From NCBI RefSeq assembly GCF_009914755.1, contig NC_060925.1: a DNA stretch of 64,000 bases, one strand, 5' to 3'. Below are positions 1 to 11,545 of the stretch, one piece after another; the stretch's first letter is position 1, and the number at the start of each line of letters is the position of its first letter. Both the position numbers and the translations under genes were made by a program. Source of the stretch: the human T2T-CHM13v2.0 reference genome, Homo sapiens. The notes under the pieces were generated by a model. That model ran no database searches. It saw only the letters and a list, made by a program, of their open reading frames with translations, and was not told where the DNA came from.

Positions 1-1700
1 CCAAGAAATCCTGAATAGCCAAAACCATCTTGAAAAGTTGGAGGCCTTATGTTTCCTAATTTTAGAAAATATTACAAAGTTACAATAATCAAAAGAGTGT
101 ACTACTGGCATAAACACAGACAAATAGACCAATGGAACAGAATAGAAAACACAGAAATAAACCCTTACATATATAATCAAATGATCTTCAATAAGATTCC
201 AAGTCCACTCAATAAGAAAAGAACAATCTTTTCAAAAAATGGTGCTGGGAAAGCTGTATAACATCATGCAAAAGAATAAAGTTGGACCTTTACCATATAC
301 CACATGCAAAAATTAACTCTAAATGGATTAAAGAGCTAAACATAAGACCTAAAAACTATAACGTTCCTAGAAGAAAACGGGGGGAAACCTCATGGCATTG
401 GTTTTGGCAATGACTTATTGGATATGACACAAAAAGCACAAACAACAGAAGCAAAAATAGATGAATAGGACTATATCAAAGTTTAAAACTTCTGTACACC
501 AAAGAAAATGATCAATAGAGTAAAAAGGCAACCTATAGAATGGGAGAAACCATTTGCAAATCATATATCTGATAAAAGGTTAAGATCCAGAATATTTTTT
601 AAAACTCTCTAACAGTAAAAAAAAAAAAATTTTAAACAATTAGAAAATGGTCAAAGGACTTGAATAGACATTTCTGCAAGGAAGATATACAAATGGCCAA
701 CAGCATATGAAACGATGTTCAGTGTCACTAATCATTAGCAAAGAAAAATCAAAACCACAATGAGATAATACCTCACACTCATTAGGATGGCCACTATTAA
801 GAAGAAAGGAAGAGAAGGGAAGGAAGAAAAGAAAGAAGGAAGGAAGAAAAGAAGGAAGCAAGAAAAGACAGAAAGAAGGAAGGAAGAAAAGGAAGGAAAG
901 GAAAGAAGGGAGGGAGGGAGGGAGGGAGGGAGGGAGGAAGGAAGGAAGGAGGCAAGGAAGGAAGGGAAGGAGGGAGGGAGAGAAGGAAGGAAGGAAGGGA
1001 AGGGAGGAAAAGGGGGGGAGGGAAGAAAGAAAGGCTGGCAAGGAGATGGAAAAAATGAATCCCTTATACACGGTTGGTAGGAATGTAAAATGATGCAACC
1101 TCTATAAAAAACAGTACGGCATTTTCTCAAAAAAATTAAAAATAGAGTTACCATAGGATCCAGCAGTCCCACTTCTGGAGCTATATCTAGAGGAATTGAA
1201 AGGAAACTCTCCAAGAGATATTTGTGCACCCATGTTCATTGCAGCACTACTCACAATAGCCAAAAGGTGCAAAGCAAACAACCCAAATGTCCATTGATGG
1301 ATAAATGGATAAAGAAAATGTGGTAGAGACATACAATGGAATACTATCCAGTCTTTACAAATAAGTAAATCTTATCAAAAGCTGCAACATGGACAAACTT
1401 TGAGGACATTATGCTAAGTAAATAAGCAAGTCACAAGAAGTCAAATACCGTATGAGTCCACTTACATGAGGTATTGAAAGTAGGTGAATTCATAGAAACA
1501 GAAAAAGTAGAATGGTAGTTCCCAGAGACTAGAGAATGACTGTTTAATGGGAGTTTCCATCTAGGAAGATGAAAAAGTTCTGGAAATGGATAGTGATAAT
1601 GGTTGCACAACAATATGCATGTATTTAATGTCACTGATCTATACACTTAAAAATGGTTACATGGGTGAATTTTATGTTGAGTATATTTTACCACAATCAA
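1..1700 (+). mobile_element. L1 (L1MB-like) ORF2 3' end and 3' UTR, interrupted by a GA-rich repeat
   Basis: Translation YYWHKHRQIDQWNRIENTEINPYIYNQMIFNK matches the L1 ORF2p C-terminal region. It has frameshifts/stops and an L1MB-type end (aaatggttacatgggtgaattttatgttgagtatattttaccacaat). Confidence 0.9.
799..1032 (+). repeat. Polypurine (GGAA/GGGA/GAAA)n simple repeat inside the L1
   Basis: Almost pure A/G tract; L1 sequence resumes colinearly on both sides. Confidence 0.95.
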
Positions 1701-1714
1701 AATTTCAATACAAA

Positions 1715-1960
1715 CCACTTTAATCAATGTAATACACCATATTGACAGACTACAGAAATATAGCAATATCATCTCAATAAATGCAGGAAAAAAAGCATTT
1801 GACAAAATCCAACATCTGCTCACCATGAAAACTCTGCAAACTTGGGAATATAAGGAAAATTTCTGAACCTGATGAATGGCATCTGCAAAAGACACAACTA
1901 ACATCACACTTACAGATAACAGACTGTTTTCCCCTAAGAGCAGGAGCAAAACATGTTCCT
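1715..1960 (+). mobile_element. Older L1 ORF2 RT-domain fragment
   Basis: atcatctcaataaatgcagg..aaaagcatttgacaaaatccaaca corresponds to the IISIDAEKAFDKIQH motif, decayed. Confidence 0.75.
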
Positions 1961-4214
1961 CTCCACATCAGGCTGCTCCTGACATCCTCACCTCCACCCA
2001 TCTCAGCTACACTCAAGGTTCATAGACAAAATCCACTCCCCTGCAGGAAAAAAGAAAAAGAAGGTCTAAAGGAAGCAAATCACTGCAGCCTGCCACAGGA
2101 ATCCACAATCACCAACATCAGAGGCATAAGCAGGTGCAAAAATGAGGTGGATGACCCCAGAGGTGGGACACATTACAGGGACTGCACCTGCTTTCTGGGG
2201 AACCAAAAAACCCTATAGATGCCTATAGGCTACCTGTCTTCCCTAATAAGTAGCCTTGGAACTTGCTGTCAGGGGGTTCCTCTAATGGCTTTTTGTGGTA
2301 GCTTCGAAAGCCATTGTGTCAACATATTGCCCTGTTGTTTTTGTTTTGTTTTGTTTTGTTTCAAAAAATACAACTTTTATGGAACATGCTCAGTGATGGG
2401 GGAAGACAACAGAGAAGTTCCTCCCTTCCTCCAGGTGACCTCTGCACAAGCCTCGGACACTAGAAGCCCTTCTTTGCACTCAGCTGCTGGTTGGATTTGC
2501 AGATAACCCTGAGCATTTTGCAGAGTTGGACCTGACAACAGTGTCCTAGGCACATTTTTCTCTAAGATCCACCTCTGTGAGAGCATCTACAGCACCCACT
2601 TTCCCTTTGAACATGAATCTCATTCCTCTTTGTTCCCCCACAGTGCCAAGCACAGTGTCCAAAGACTTCTTAGGAACTTGGAAAAATGCTGGTTGAATTG
2701 AACAGAACATGAAAAAGAAGTTAAACAGGCTCTTAAGGTTGCATCTGAGAGGGAAAAGAAAATGTTTTAAAGGGAAAATCCTTTTCTGTTCATCCCTGGA
2801 GAGCACAGGACTTCAAGGAAGGCTTTGGCAAATCCCTTCGTAAAGTGCAGAAGTGTGGAATTCTGGGGTACAGTCACTTGCACTCGTGGCATTGTGACTT
2901 TGTGTATATATGCATATATACATATATTAATGTTGTATACATAATACAACATAAATGTATAAATATTGGATACTAAATAGTTAAGTATTAAAGTATACAG
3001 GGACGATAAGTTTCTCCCTTATCATCTCTCTGTTCCTCCGCTGGGACACCCACTATTATATTTGGGGTTTTATAGAAACTGCTTAGATAAGAAATATCTC
3101 ACCTTCTCAGGATCAGATAAAATCAGATCATTTATCACAAGACAGAAAATTCAAGAAACCAACAGACAAAATCTGGCCCAAAGGGTCTGTCCTTCTAGTC
3201 CCTGGGAAGTGTATGCCCCAAGTATACAGCTATTACCCCACTGCCCACGCCTTCCACCCTTAGTCTGTAGGAGGGAGCTGTCATTTATCTGATTGGTCTG
3301 AAGCCCAGAATAGCTCAAGGTGGGCAGAAATCATCAACTGAGCCTCTAGCAGCAAGTTTGAGCAACTCCTCCAAAAAGGGGAATGAAGGCCCTGGGGCAG
3401 TAATGGGGACCAGCAGGCACATCTACTCATGACTCTCTTATCTCATTCAGAACACTGAGAAGCAAGAATTATTTTATTTTCTGTCCTTGAGAGAAGAAGA
3501 CACTTAGCACTCTACAGAACTCAGTGTGAGAAGAGTACATGTGATCTGTGGCCGTTGTAAAATATGTCTGCACATCCCTGACACTCAGAGTTCTATGTCG
3601 CTCCTGAATCTGGGTTGACCTTTGGTGACTGGTCAACCAGGAGACTACGGCATTTCTCCCACAGGCAGAATGTCCTCGCCCCCTCTGTAGAGCCCACAAA
3701 AGGCCCATTGAGTATGTCAACAGGCGCAAGGCCCCGGATCTTGTCATCTGAATCAGGTCCAGGTACAGATGAGCCCCTCAGGCAGAGCTCAGCAAGAACA
3801 GGATCCCAGGAGGGGAGGAGTTGGGAGAGCAAGGATAGCAAACCCTTTCAGGGAGGGTGACTGCAAAATGAAGCAATGGAATTGGGTTGCAGCAGGAATG
3901 AGGGGTTTTGTGATGGGAGAAATAGTGGGGTGATTGCACACTGATGGAAGCGATCCCATGGAGACAGGGACGTCAATGACTCAGGAAGGGCAGTGTTGCA
4001 GAACCAGGAAAGGGGTGCAAGCTTGAGACAGATGCAAATTTGCATGGGGAGGGGCACAAACAGCTCCTGCAGAGTCCCAGACCCACGAGGGATTTTCCCC
4101 GGCGTCTCCCAACACAGGATCACACGCTTCCTTTGGCAGGAGGCTGGTATAGCTGGAAAGCCACTGGTCATTTAGGAGGCAGAGGGGACACAGCATGCAG
4201 AGACACAGAGACCT

Positions 4215-4352
4215 GAGTGCTGAGCTGAGAGGGAACTTGAAGACCATCCAGTTAAAGTCACTCATTCTGCAGATGTGAAGTCCAAGGTCCACACTGATCT
4301 AGGGGCAGTCGGGCCCAGAACCTGGTCTCCCAACTCTGAGTTCAGTCATTCT
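4215..4352 (-). mobile_element. MIR/MIR3 fragment
   Basis: cattctgcagatgtgaagtccaaggtc..agaacctggtctcccaactctgag resembles the reverse MIR core. Confidence 0.6.
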
Positions 4353-4392
4353 TCTGCAAAGATCAGATCTTCATTCTGTTCTGACTCCCCAT

Positions 4393-4518
4393 CCCTTACT
4401 CCTTCCCTTTGGATCCTCCATTCTCTCTAGAGTTGGCCCTTGGCAGCTCCCCCACCCCTTACTCCTTCCCTTTGGATCCTCCATTCTCTCTAGAGTTGGC
4501 CCTTGGCAGCTCCCCCAC
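4393..4518. repeat. Perfect 63-bp tandem duplication
   Basis: 4393-4455 is identical to 4456-4518. Confidence 0.97.
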
Positions 4519-4760
4519 CCCAGCAGGATGAGAAATCTCTGAGTTCACAGCACAACGAACACTCCCGGGTACCCACCCGTCCAGTCCACCAGTTCTTTCT
4601 CCAGTGCATCTCTCCTCATCCCTGCCCCCGCCCAACCCTCTGCCGCTGCTCCACTGCAGCCCTCACAGCTGGACCCCCAGCCCCATTAGCTCTCCCCAGC
4701 CTTGGGGAAACGTGGCTCACCCCCTGCATCTATAAGGAGAGCCAGGGGCAGATGGGGCAA

Positions 4761-4935
4761 TCTCCGTGGTAAGCAGTGCTTTACACATCTGTCCATGGTA
4801 AGCAGTGCTTTACACATCTGTCCGTGGTAAACAGTGCTTTACACATCTGTCCATGGTAAGCAGTTACACATCGGTCCGTGGTAAACAGTGCTTTACACAT
4901 CTCTCCATGGTAAACAGTGCTTTACACATCTGTCC
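4761..4935. repeat. 29-bp minisatellite, ~6 copies
   Basis: Unit tcc(a/g)tggtaa(g/a)cagtgctttacacatctg; one copy has a 4-bp deletion. Confidence 0.95.
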
Positions 4936-5124
4936 TGGAAGCCCCGAGCTGTTTCCCACAACAGGGTCAGAGAGATCCTCTGCACAGAGAATTCTTTGTC
5001 ACATGTGTTTGGGAAAAACTGCAAACCACCTGGTTCTCTGCCACAGGGCCTCTCAGAACCTTTATTGCAGCCAGTAACTGAGGAGAGAAGGCCCTGAATC
5101 TGCCTGGCTCCTCACCCTACTCTG

Positions 5125-5280
5125 CCCTTCAGCAAGTTACTTAACTTCTGTGAGCCTCAGTTTCCTCATCTGTAAAGTGGGGACAATAATAGAACCTACC
5201 CCCAGGGTTTTGGTGAGAATGAAATGAACTCATTTGTGTATCAGCAGTGCCTGGCACACAACAGGCACCTGTAAAAACTT
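5125..5280 (+). mobile_element. MIR
   Basis: caagttacttaacttctgtgagcctcagtttcctcatctgtaaagtgggg core, ending in cagtgcctggcacac. Confidence 0.9.
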
Positions 5281-7640
5281 CTGCTGTTCTTACCTTTCAC
5301 ATCATTTTCATACCATCCTTGGGGGCCAGGTCTAATAACCTGGCTCCTGCCTTTTTCCGAGACCAAATCCTAATCTGGAACCTTTCCCGGTACCCAGTTC
5401 CCTCTGACTTGGGTCACAGCCTTGCGCCTGCTAGGCCCACACCTCCCCTCAACCCCCTGTCTTGGACTTCCCCAGGGGCAGACCCTGTGACAGGGAGGGT
5501 GAGTGGTTTACTTGGGAGGTGACCCAAGTAAGCAGCATCAGGACTGCCAAGCAGTGGCCAGGGCCTCCTCAGACAATCAGCAACAGGACATGTGAGAACC
5601 AGATGAGCACCTCACCCAGCACAATAGGCTGTCTATGCCCCTCACTCGAGTCACCAGCACTTATTTATCTGGGCGCTTGCTGTGGCCCTCATAACTGCCC
5701 TATCAGGGAAGGTTCATCCACTCTGAATTCCAGGTGGCAAAACTGAGGCACTGAGAGGTTAAATCACCACCCCAAAGTCACCCACCTGATCCTAAGAAGC
5801 CCTAAAGTATCATGGGGAAGGGGACACACATACATCCCTTCCTCCCACTGCCCCCATCTGCAGAAGTGGTTTTCAGTAACCTCCAGGGACAACCCCTGCC
5901 CCCTGCAATCCCCCTCATAAATCATTTGACTGTTGTTTACCCGGAATCCCATCCTTCCCACTAAGCAAATGCCAGAGATTGTCTCCTGGAACCAGAGGTC
6001 ATAACCATCTGGCTGACAGACACTAGGTGAAACCTCAGCCCTGCTCCCGAGAGGGACTTGTTCAACTGACCTTCCCTGGGGCATGGAGTCTGCAGAGGGG
6101 CCTTCTCCACTTTGGACTCTGTGGTAATTACAAGATGGCTGCTACCAAAAATGATTTATGGAGGTTGAAAGTCTTAGGAAGATTTTAGGGATCAGACTGG
6201 TGGACTCACGTAAATATGTCCACCATCAGTTAGATATTTGGGTAATGCAACAATAATCATGAAATCATGAATCTTAATTCGACTCTTATTTGTGTTGAAT
6301 AATTGAGCATGGGGTTAAATTGCATTGACTGCCCGGACTTCTCTGGAAGACACCAGTACGGTGCCTTCTTCTGGTAGAAAACCACAAAGTCCCCTGATGC
6401 TGGGAGCATTCCCATGGGCCTTCCTCCTGACAGCCCCAGGCAGGTTACCTCTTTCAGGGAAGTCAGCTTTCCTGCTTCCTGCTCTGGTCATCTCAGCAGA
6501 ATTAAGTGTGGCAGTGGAACAGATGCGGGAGCCACGGCAAAGCTCTGGGGAGTGGAGCTGTGGAAAAACCACAGAGTCAGAGTCCAAGAGAACATGATGT
6601 AAGCCCTGAATCTCCACCTTGCCAGCTGCAAGATCTCAGCACATCGCTGTACTCCTGCGGGTGTCGGTTTCCCCAACTGCACAGCAGGAACTGTGCCTCC
6701 CACCTGTGTAGAGCTGGCCACTGTTCTGTCCTCACATGACTCTCCTGCTTAGCCCAGGCCTGTTTGGGGAGCCCCTCCAAACCAGCAGTTTAGCAGGTCT
6801 GGAGCAGACACTGTGTCCAGGCTGGGAAAACAGATCCTCACTCCTGGGAATCTCAGTTTGAAACGTGGAGACAAAGTCAAACAATTGAGGAGAACGGACC
6901 ACATCAGCCATCATCAGAGGGCAGGGCCACACCTGTCTTGCTCTCCATTGTGTCCCAGCACCTGGCATGTAGAGAGCCCTCATGAAATACATGTGAAACA
7001 AACGCTTGAACCAGCTGACCCTCCCGGCTGCTGCTTAACATGTGGGTCGCGCGCCAGCAACAGCAGCAGCATCCCTGGGAGCTTGGTAGACTGCAGCATC
7101 TCAGGGCCCACCCAGCCCCCCTGAATCAAAGCTGGCCCTGCACGAGAGCCCAGGGCATGTGCATCCAGGTCCCAGGAGCCCTGGAGGCTCGGCATCGCGT
7201 CCACAGCCCCACATGGAGTCCCTCCACCCTCACTTGTTGTCAGGCCTCCTCCCTGAGCCTCTTCTGTCTTCTCTTGCCCCTAAAATACAAATCAGACCAT
7301 GAACCCCCTGCTGAAACCTCCATGGCTCCCCGCCTCACTAGAATACCCTCCTTCCTCCCTACTCTGTCCAGGAAGCCCTATCTGATCTGCTTCCAGCGCC
7401 CTCTCACCCCACTCCCACCCACTGCCCTCTCTTCCCCAGACCCCGAGACACCTGGGTTCAGCTTGAGGAGCCCAGCAGGGCCTCTTCCACATCTGCTCTG
7501 GCCTATCTGATTCAGGGGACCCAGGAAGGAGCTGAGGCAGCCAGGGAAAGTCCCCTAATTGGAGTGGAGGCTGGAGAGAGTCCCAGGAGAACAGCCAGTG
7601 AGCTCAGCGACCTCAGAGCTGTATCTTTCACATGTCATTG

Positions 7641-8272
7641 TGATAGAGACAGGAGGCAGGCAAATGCCTAGGCAGCTAGGGGTGGGTCCCCAGAGAAACC
7701 CCGCCTCCAAGCAGAAGACAGTTTAAAGCCTGAAAGCCAAGCTACAGGTTAAATCATCGGACTGGATTAAGAACCGTTCTTCCTGCTTGGTTCACTTTCC
7801 TCTGATTGGGCCCCACCCTTCACCTGTTTTACATATACCTACCCATTCCTAATTGGTTTTCTACACTGTTGTGCCCACCTTCGAGTAGCGTCTTCACTTT
7901 CACCTTTTTTGCATACTCTCAAACCAATCAGCATGCACTCCCCATTCTGAGTCCATAAAAGGCCCCAGACCCAGCCACACAGGGGAACTTTCCCACCTTC
8001 AGGTAGAGGGACCAACCCCGCATCCCCTCTCTGCTGAAAGCCATTTTCATTGCTCAATAGAATTCTTCTCTGCCCTCCTCACCCTTCACTGTCCAACGTA
8101 TCCTTGTTCTTCTTGGGCATGGTACAAGAGCTCAGGAACCACCAAACTTGAGTACTGCCTGTAACACAGGCAAGCTGGGGCACACAAGCGTGGCTGAGCA
8201 AGGCCTGGGCGGGGCATTGCCAGCCAGGGGTCCCTGGCTTGCAAAGTGACTGAGAAGAAAAGTCCTACATCA
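7641..8272 (+). mobile_element. ERV1 solo LTR (LTR9/LTR27-like, HUERS-P3 group)
   Basis: Begins TGATAGAGACAGGAGGCAG and ends CCTACATCA. 4-bp TSD attg/gttg. Internal CCAAT and TATA-like cataaaa. Confidence 0.85.
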
Positions 8273-9393
8273 GTTGGATGTGGGGAGCATCCCCAGAGGA
8301 TTCCTGCTTTTCCTCACAGTTTCCTGGTTCTAGAAAAGGTCTTTCTCGAAGAGCACCAGCTGCCTCTGCAGGTGGAATGGGTGAGCTACAGTGATTACAC
8401 AGAGCTGAGGGTCTGAATGGCCTGTGGGAACCAGGCAGGACTAACTCACCCCGCCGCTTAGTTACCTCTGGGGCTGAGATTGGAAGAGTGTTGTATGATT
8501 CCTCTCCTGTGAGATCCAGGGTGGGCCTGCATCACCCCATCCTCTCCCCCAGCTCCAGGATGCCACGATTCTCCTCCATCCCCCAGCAAGGCCTCTTCCC
8601 TTCAAGAGCCCATGGGGGCAGCAGGGCAGGTGGAGCAGTGTTGTGCCTCAGGCCCAGTGCCACACAGCAGACACAGGGCAAGGCTGGTGCCCCAACAAAG
8701 GCCTCATGACTCCTACCACAGTGCTGTGTGTGCCCCGTCCTCCAAATGATATTAACAGTAGCCCTGGTTCCTGGGTGCCCTTCCCAGGCCAGACATCTCA
8801 TAAACATGCAGCCCTGCAAGGTGCAGATTGTCATGTCCATTTTGCAGAAGGAAGCTCAGGGAGGCTTCCATAGAGCGGTGAGGTGACCCTGCAGAGCCCA
8901 TGCTCTTTCCCTTACCCACTCAACACTCTGCAGCTGGGAGCCCCAGGCCACCCTCATCTTCAAGTCCCTGATCTTGACCTTCCACTCTATTGTAGGCACC
9001 TGTGGTTTCTTCCCCTCCCTGCCCCATCCACTCCTTTCTGCCATTTATGAACCCTCAATCTGGGTTGGTTTTCCTGGGAGAGGAGGGACATACCCCCTCC
9101 CCCATTCTCCTTCCATGCATCTGGGATGGGCTCTCCCCTTGGCTTCAGTGATGAACCGTGTGGCCCAGTCCTGGCCAACCAAAGCTCTGCATTCCCTGGC
9201 CCTGTGGAGCTTGTATTCTGATTAAAAAGATGGATGATGAGCAAATTAACAGATAACATAATGTCAGATTAATGCAGTGAAGAGAAACAAGTGGGATAGG
9301 AGAAAGAGGGTGCTGTGGTCTGAATGCTTGTGTCCCTGCAAAATTCATGTGTTGAAATCTAACCTTCAAAGTGTTGGTATTAACAAGTGAGGC

Positions 9394-9600
<207 letters not shown>

Positions 9601-9695
9601 GAAGTGGGGCCTTTGGGTGGTGACTAAGTCATGAGGGTGAGCACTTGTGGATGGGATTAGCACCTTGATTAAAAAAAAAAGGAGGGGGATGAGGG

Positions 9696-9990
<295 letters not shown>

Positions 9991-10489
9991 GCGGCCTGAG
10001 GGAGCTTGTTTGCCCCTTCCACCACGTGAGGACACCATGAAAAGGCACCCATCTATGAGGAACGGGCCCTCACCAGACTGAATCAGCCAGCACCTTAAGC
10101 TTGGAATTCCCAGCCTCCAGAACTGTAAGCAATAAATCTCTTGTTGGTTACAAATTACCCATTCTAAGGTCTTTTGTTATAGTAGCTAAAACAGACTAAG
10201 GCAGAGGGTGATAGGGGAGGCCTGTGGCCAGGGATGGCCACATAGAGACCGGAAGGAAGGAAGCAAATGAGCCTGGGGTAAACATTCCAGATGCAGGGAA
10301 GAGTGAGTGCAAAGGCCCTGAGACAGGAGTGGACAGCCAGGAGGCCAGTGTGGCTGGAAAGGAGGGCAGAGATGGGAGGGAAGCTCAGAAAGGTGACAGC
10401 ATGAGGCCGTCTAGGGGATGTGAGGGCTTTGCAAGAGGGGAACCAGGGACGGCTCTGAGCAGAGGATGGACATGACTAGCTATGAATAA

Positions 10490-11400
10490 CAAAAATAATA
10501 ATAATAGAAAGCAGCTAGGTATGCTTACTACAGGCAATGCCTTTCTTCTGAGGTCATTAAATGTATATTCATTTCATCCTCACCTACCCAATAAGGTAGG
10601 TTCTATTATCCCCACATATTACAGATGAGAAGCTCAGGTCCAGAGAAGGTTTATAAACAGGTTTGTGAAAGGAAAATGAATCTCAGGACCCCAAAATCAC
10701 TAAGCCAAGGGAAAAATCAAGCTGGGAACTTGAAACCTGCCTCTCATTTTAATTCTTAAATAAGATAGCTAAAAAGATAAAAGAGCTACATACTTCCCTC
10801 ACAAATTGCCACAAGAAAATTCTTGTAGGCCTCAAGATCTTCATCTTACAACAGTTCTGCTGAATTTCACCCTGGCAACGTAAACTAATAGCTGATCTTC
10901 AGAGGCATGAACAGAAAGTCATCTTCTGCTCACCTGAGACAAATGCATATCTAATGGCTTCCTCTGCCCTATTGTTTATGTAAAAACGCAGATTCACTGA
11001 GTCAGACTAAATTGTTTATTCAGTGAAAGGCTGATCAAGGACTCAGAAGAATGCAATCTTTCGTCTCTTATCTACCTATGACCTGGAATATCCCCCCACT
11101 GCCCTGCCCCCTTGGAGTGGTCCTGCCTTACCAGACCGAACCAATCTACATCTTACACGTATTGATTGATGTCTCATGTCTCCCTAAAATGTACAACAGC
11201 AAGCTGTACCCCGACCACTTTGGGCACATGTCGTCAGTATCTCCTGAGGCTGTGTCACAGGTACTTCCTTAACTTTGGCAAAATTAACTTTCTAAATTTG
11301 ATTGAGACCTATGTCAAGTACTTTTGGTTCACAGGTTCAAGGTCACTCCTATGGCTAGGCAGTGGCAGAACTAGGATTTGAATGCAGACAATTGGGCCCC
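10490..11400 (-). mobile_element. MIR split by MER4
   Basis: ..acagatgagaagctcaggtccagagaaggtt | caaggtcac..ggcagaactaggatttgaa. Confidence 0.75.
10664..11333 (+). mobile_element. MER4 (MER4A1/B-like) ERV1 solo LTR
   Basis: Starts TGTGAAAGGAAAAT and ends CTTTTGGTTCACA. Perfect 4-bp TSD GGTT. Confidence 0.9.
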
Positions 11401-11439
11401 ACGGACCTTGCTGGTTATAGGTATCTCATTTTAAAAGGT

Positions 11440-11545
11440 CAGCCATCCCTATTTGACAGATGAAGAAACTGAGGCTCAGAAGGGATTTGCCTAAGGTGGC
11501 AGAGCTGGAATTTGAATCCCGGTCTCTGTGGCCCAAGAGCCTGAG
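11440..11545 (-). mobile_element. MIR
   Basis: gacagatgaagaaactgaggctcaga..gagctggaatttgaatcccggtct. Confidence 0.85.

Noticed and set aside
49-1332. ORFs resembling L1 ORF2p and K/E/G/R-rich proteins
   Set aside because: Decayed L1 fragment and translations of the GA simple repeat.
4761-4935. CRISPR-like array (29-bp repeats)
   Set aside because: Repeats are contiguous with no unique spacers, in a eukaryotic context with no cas genes.
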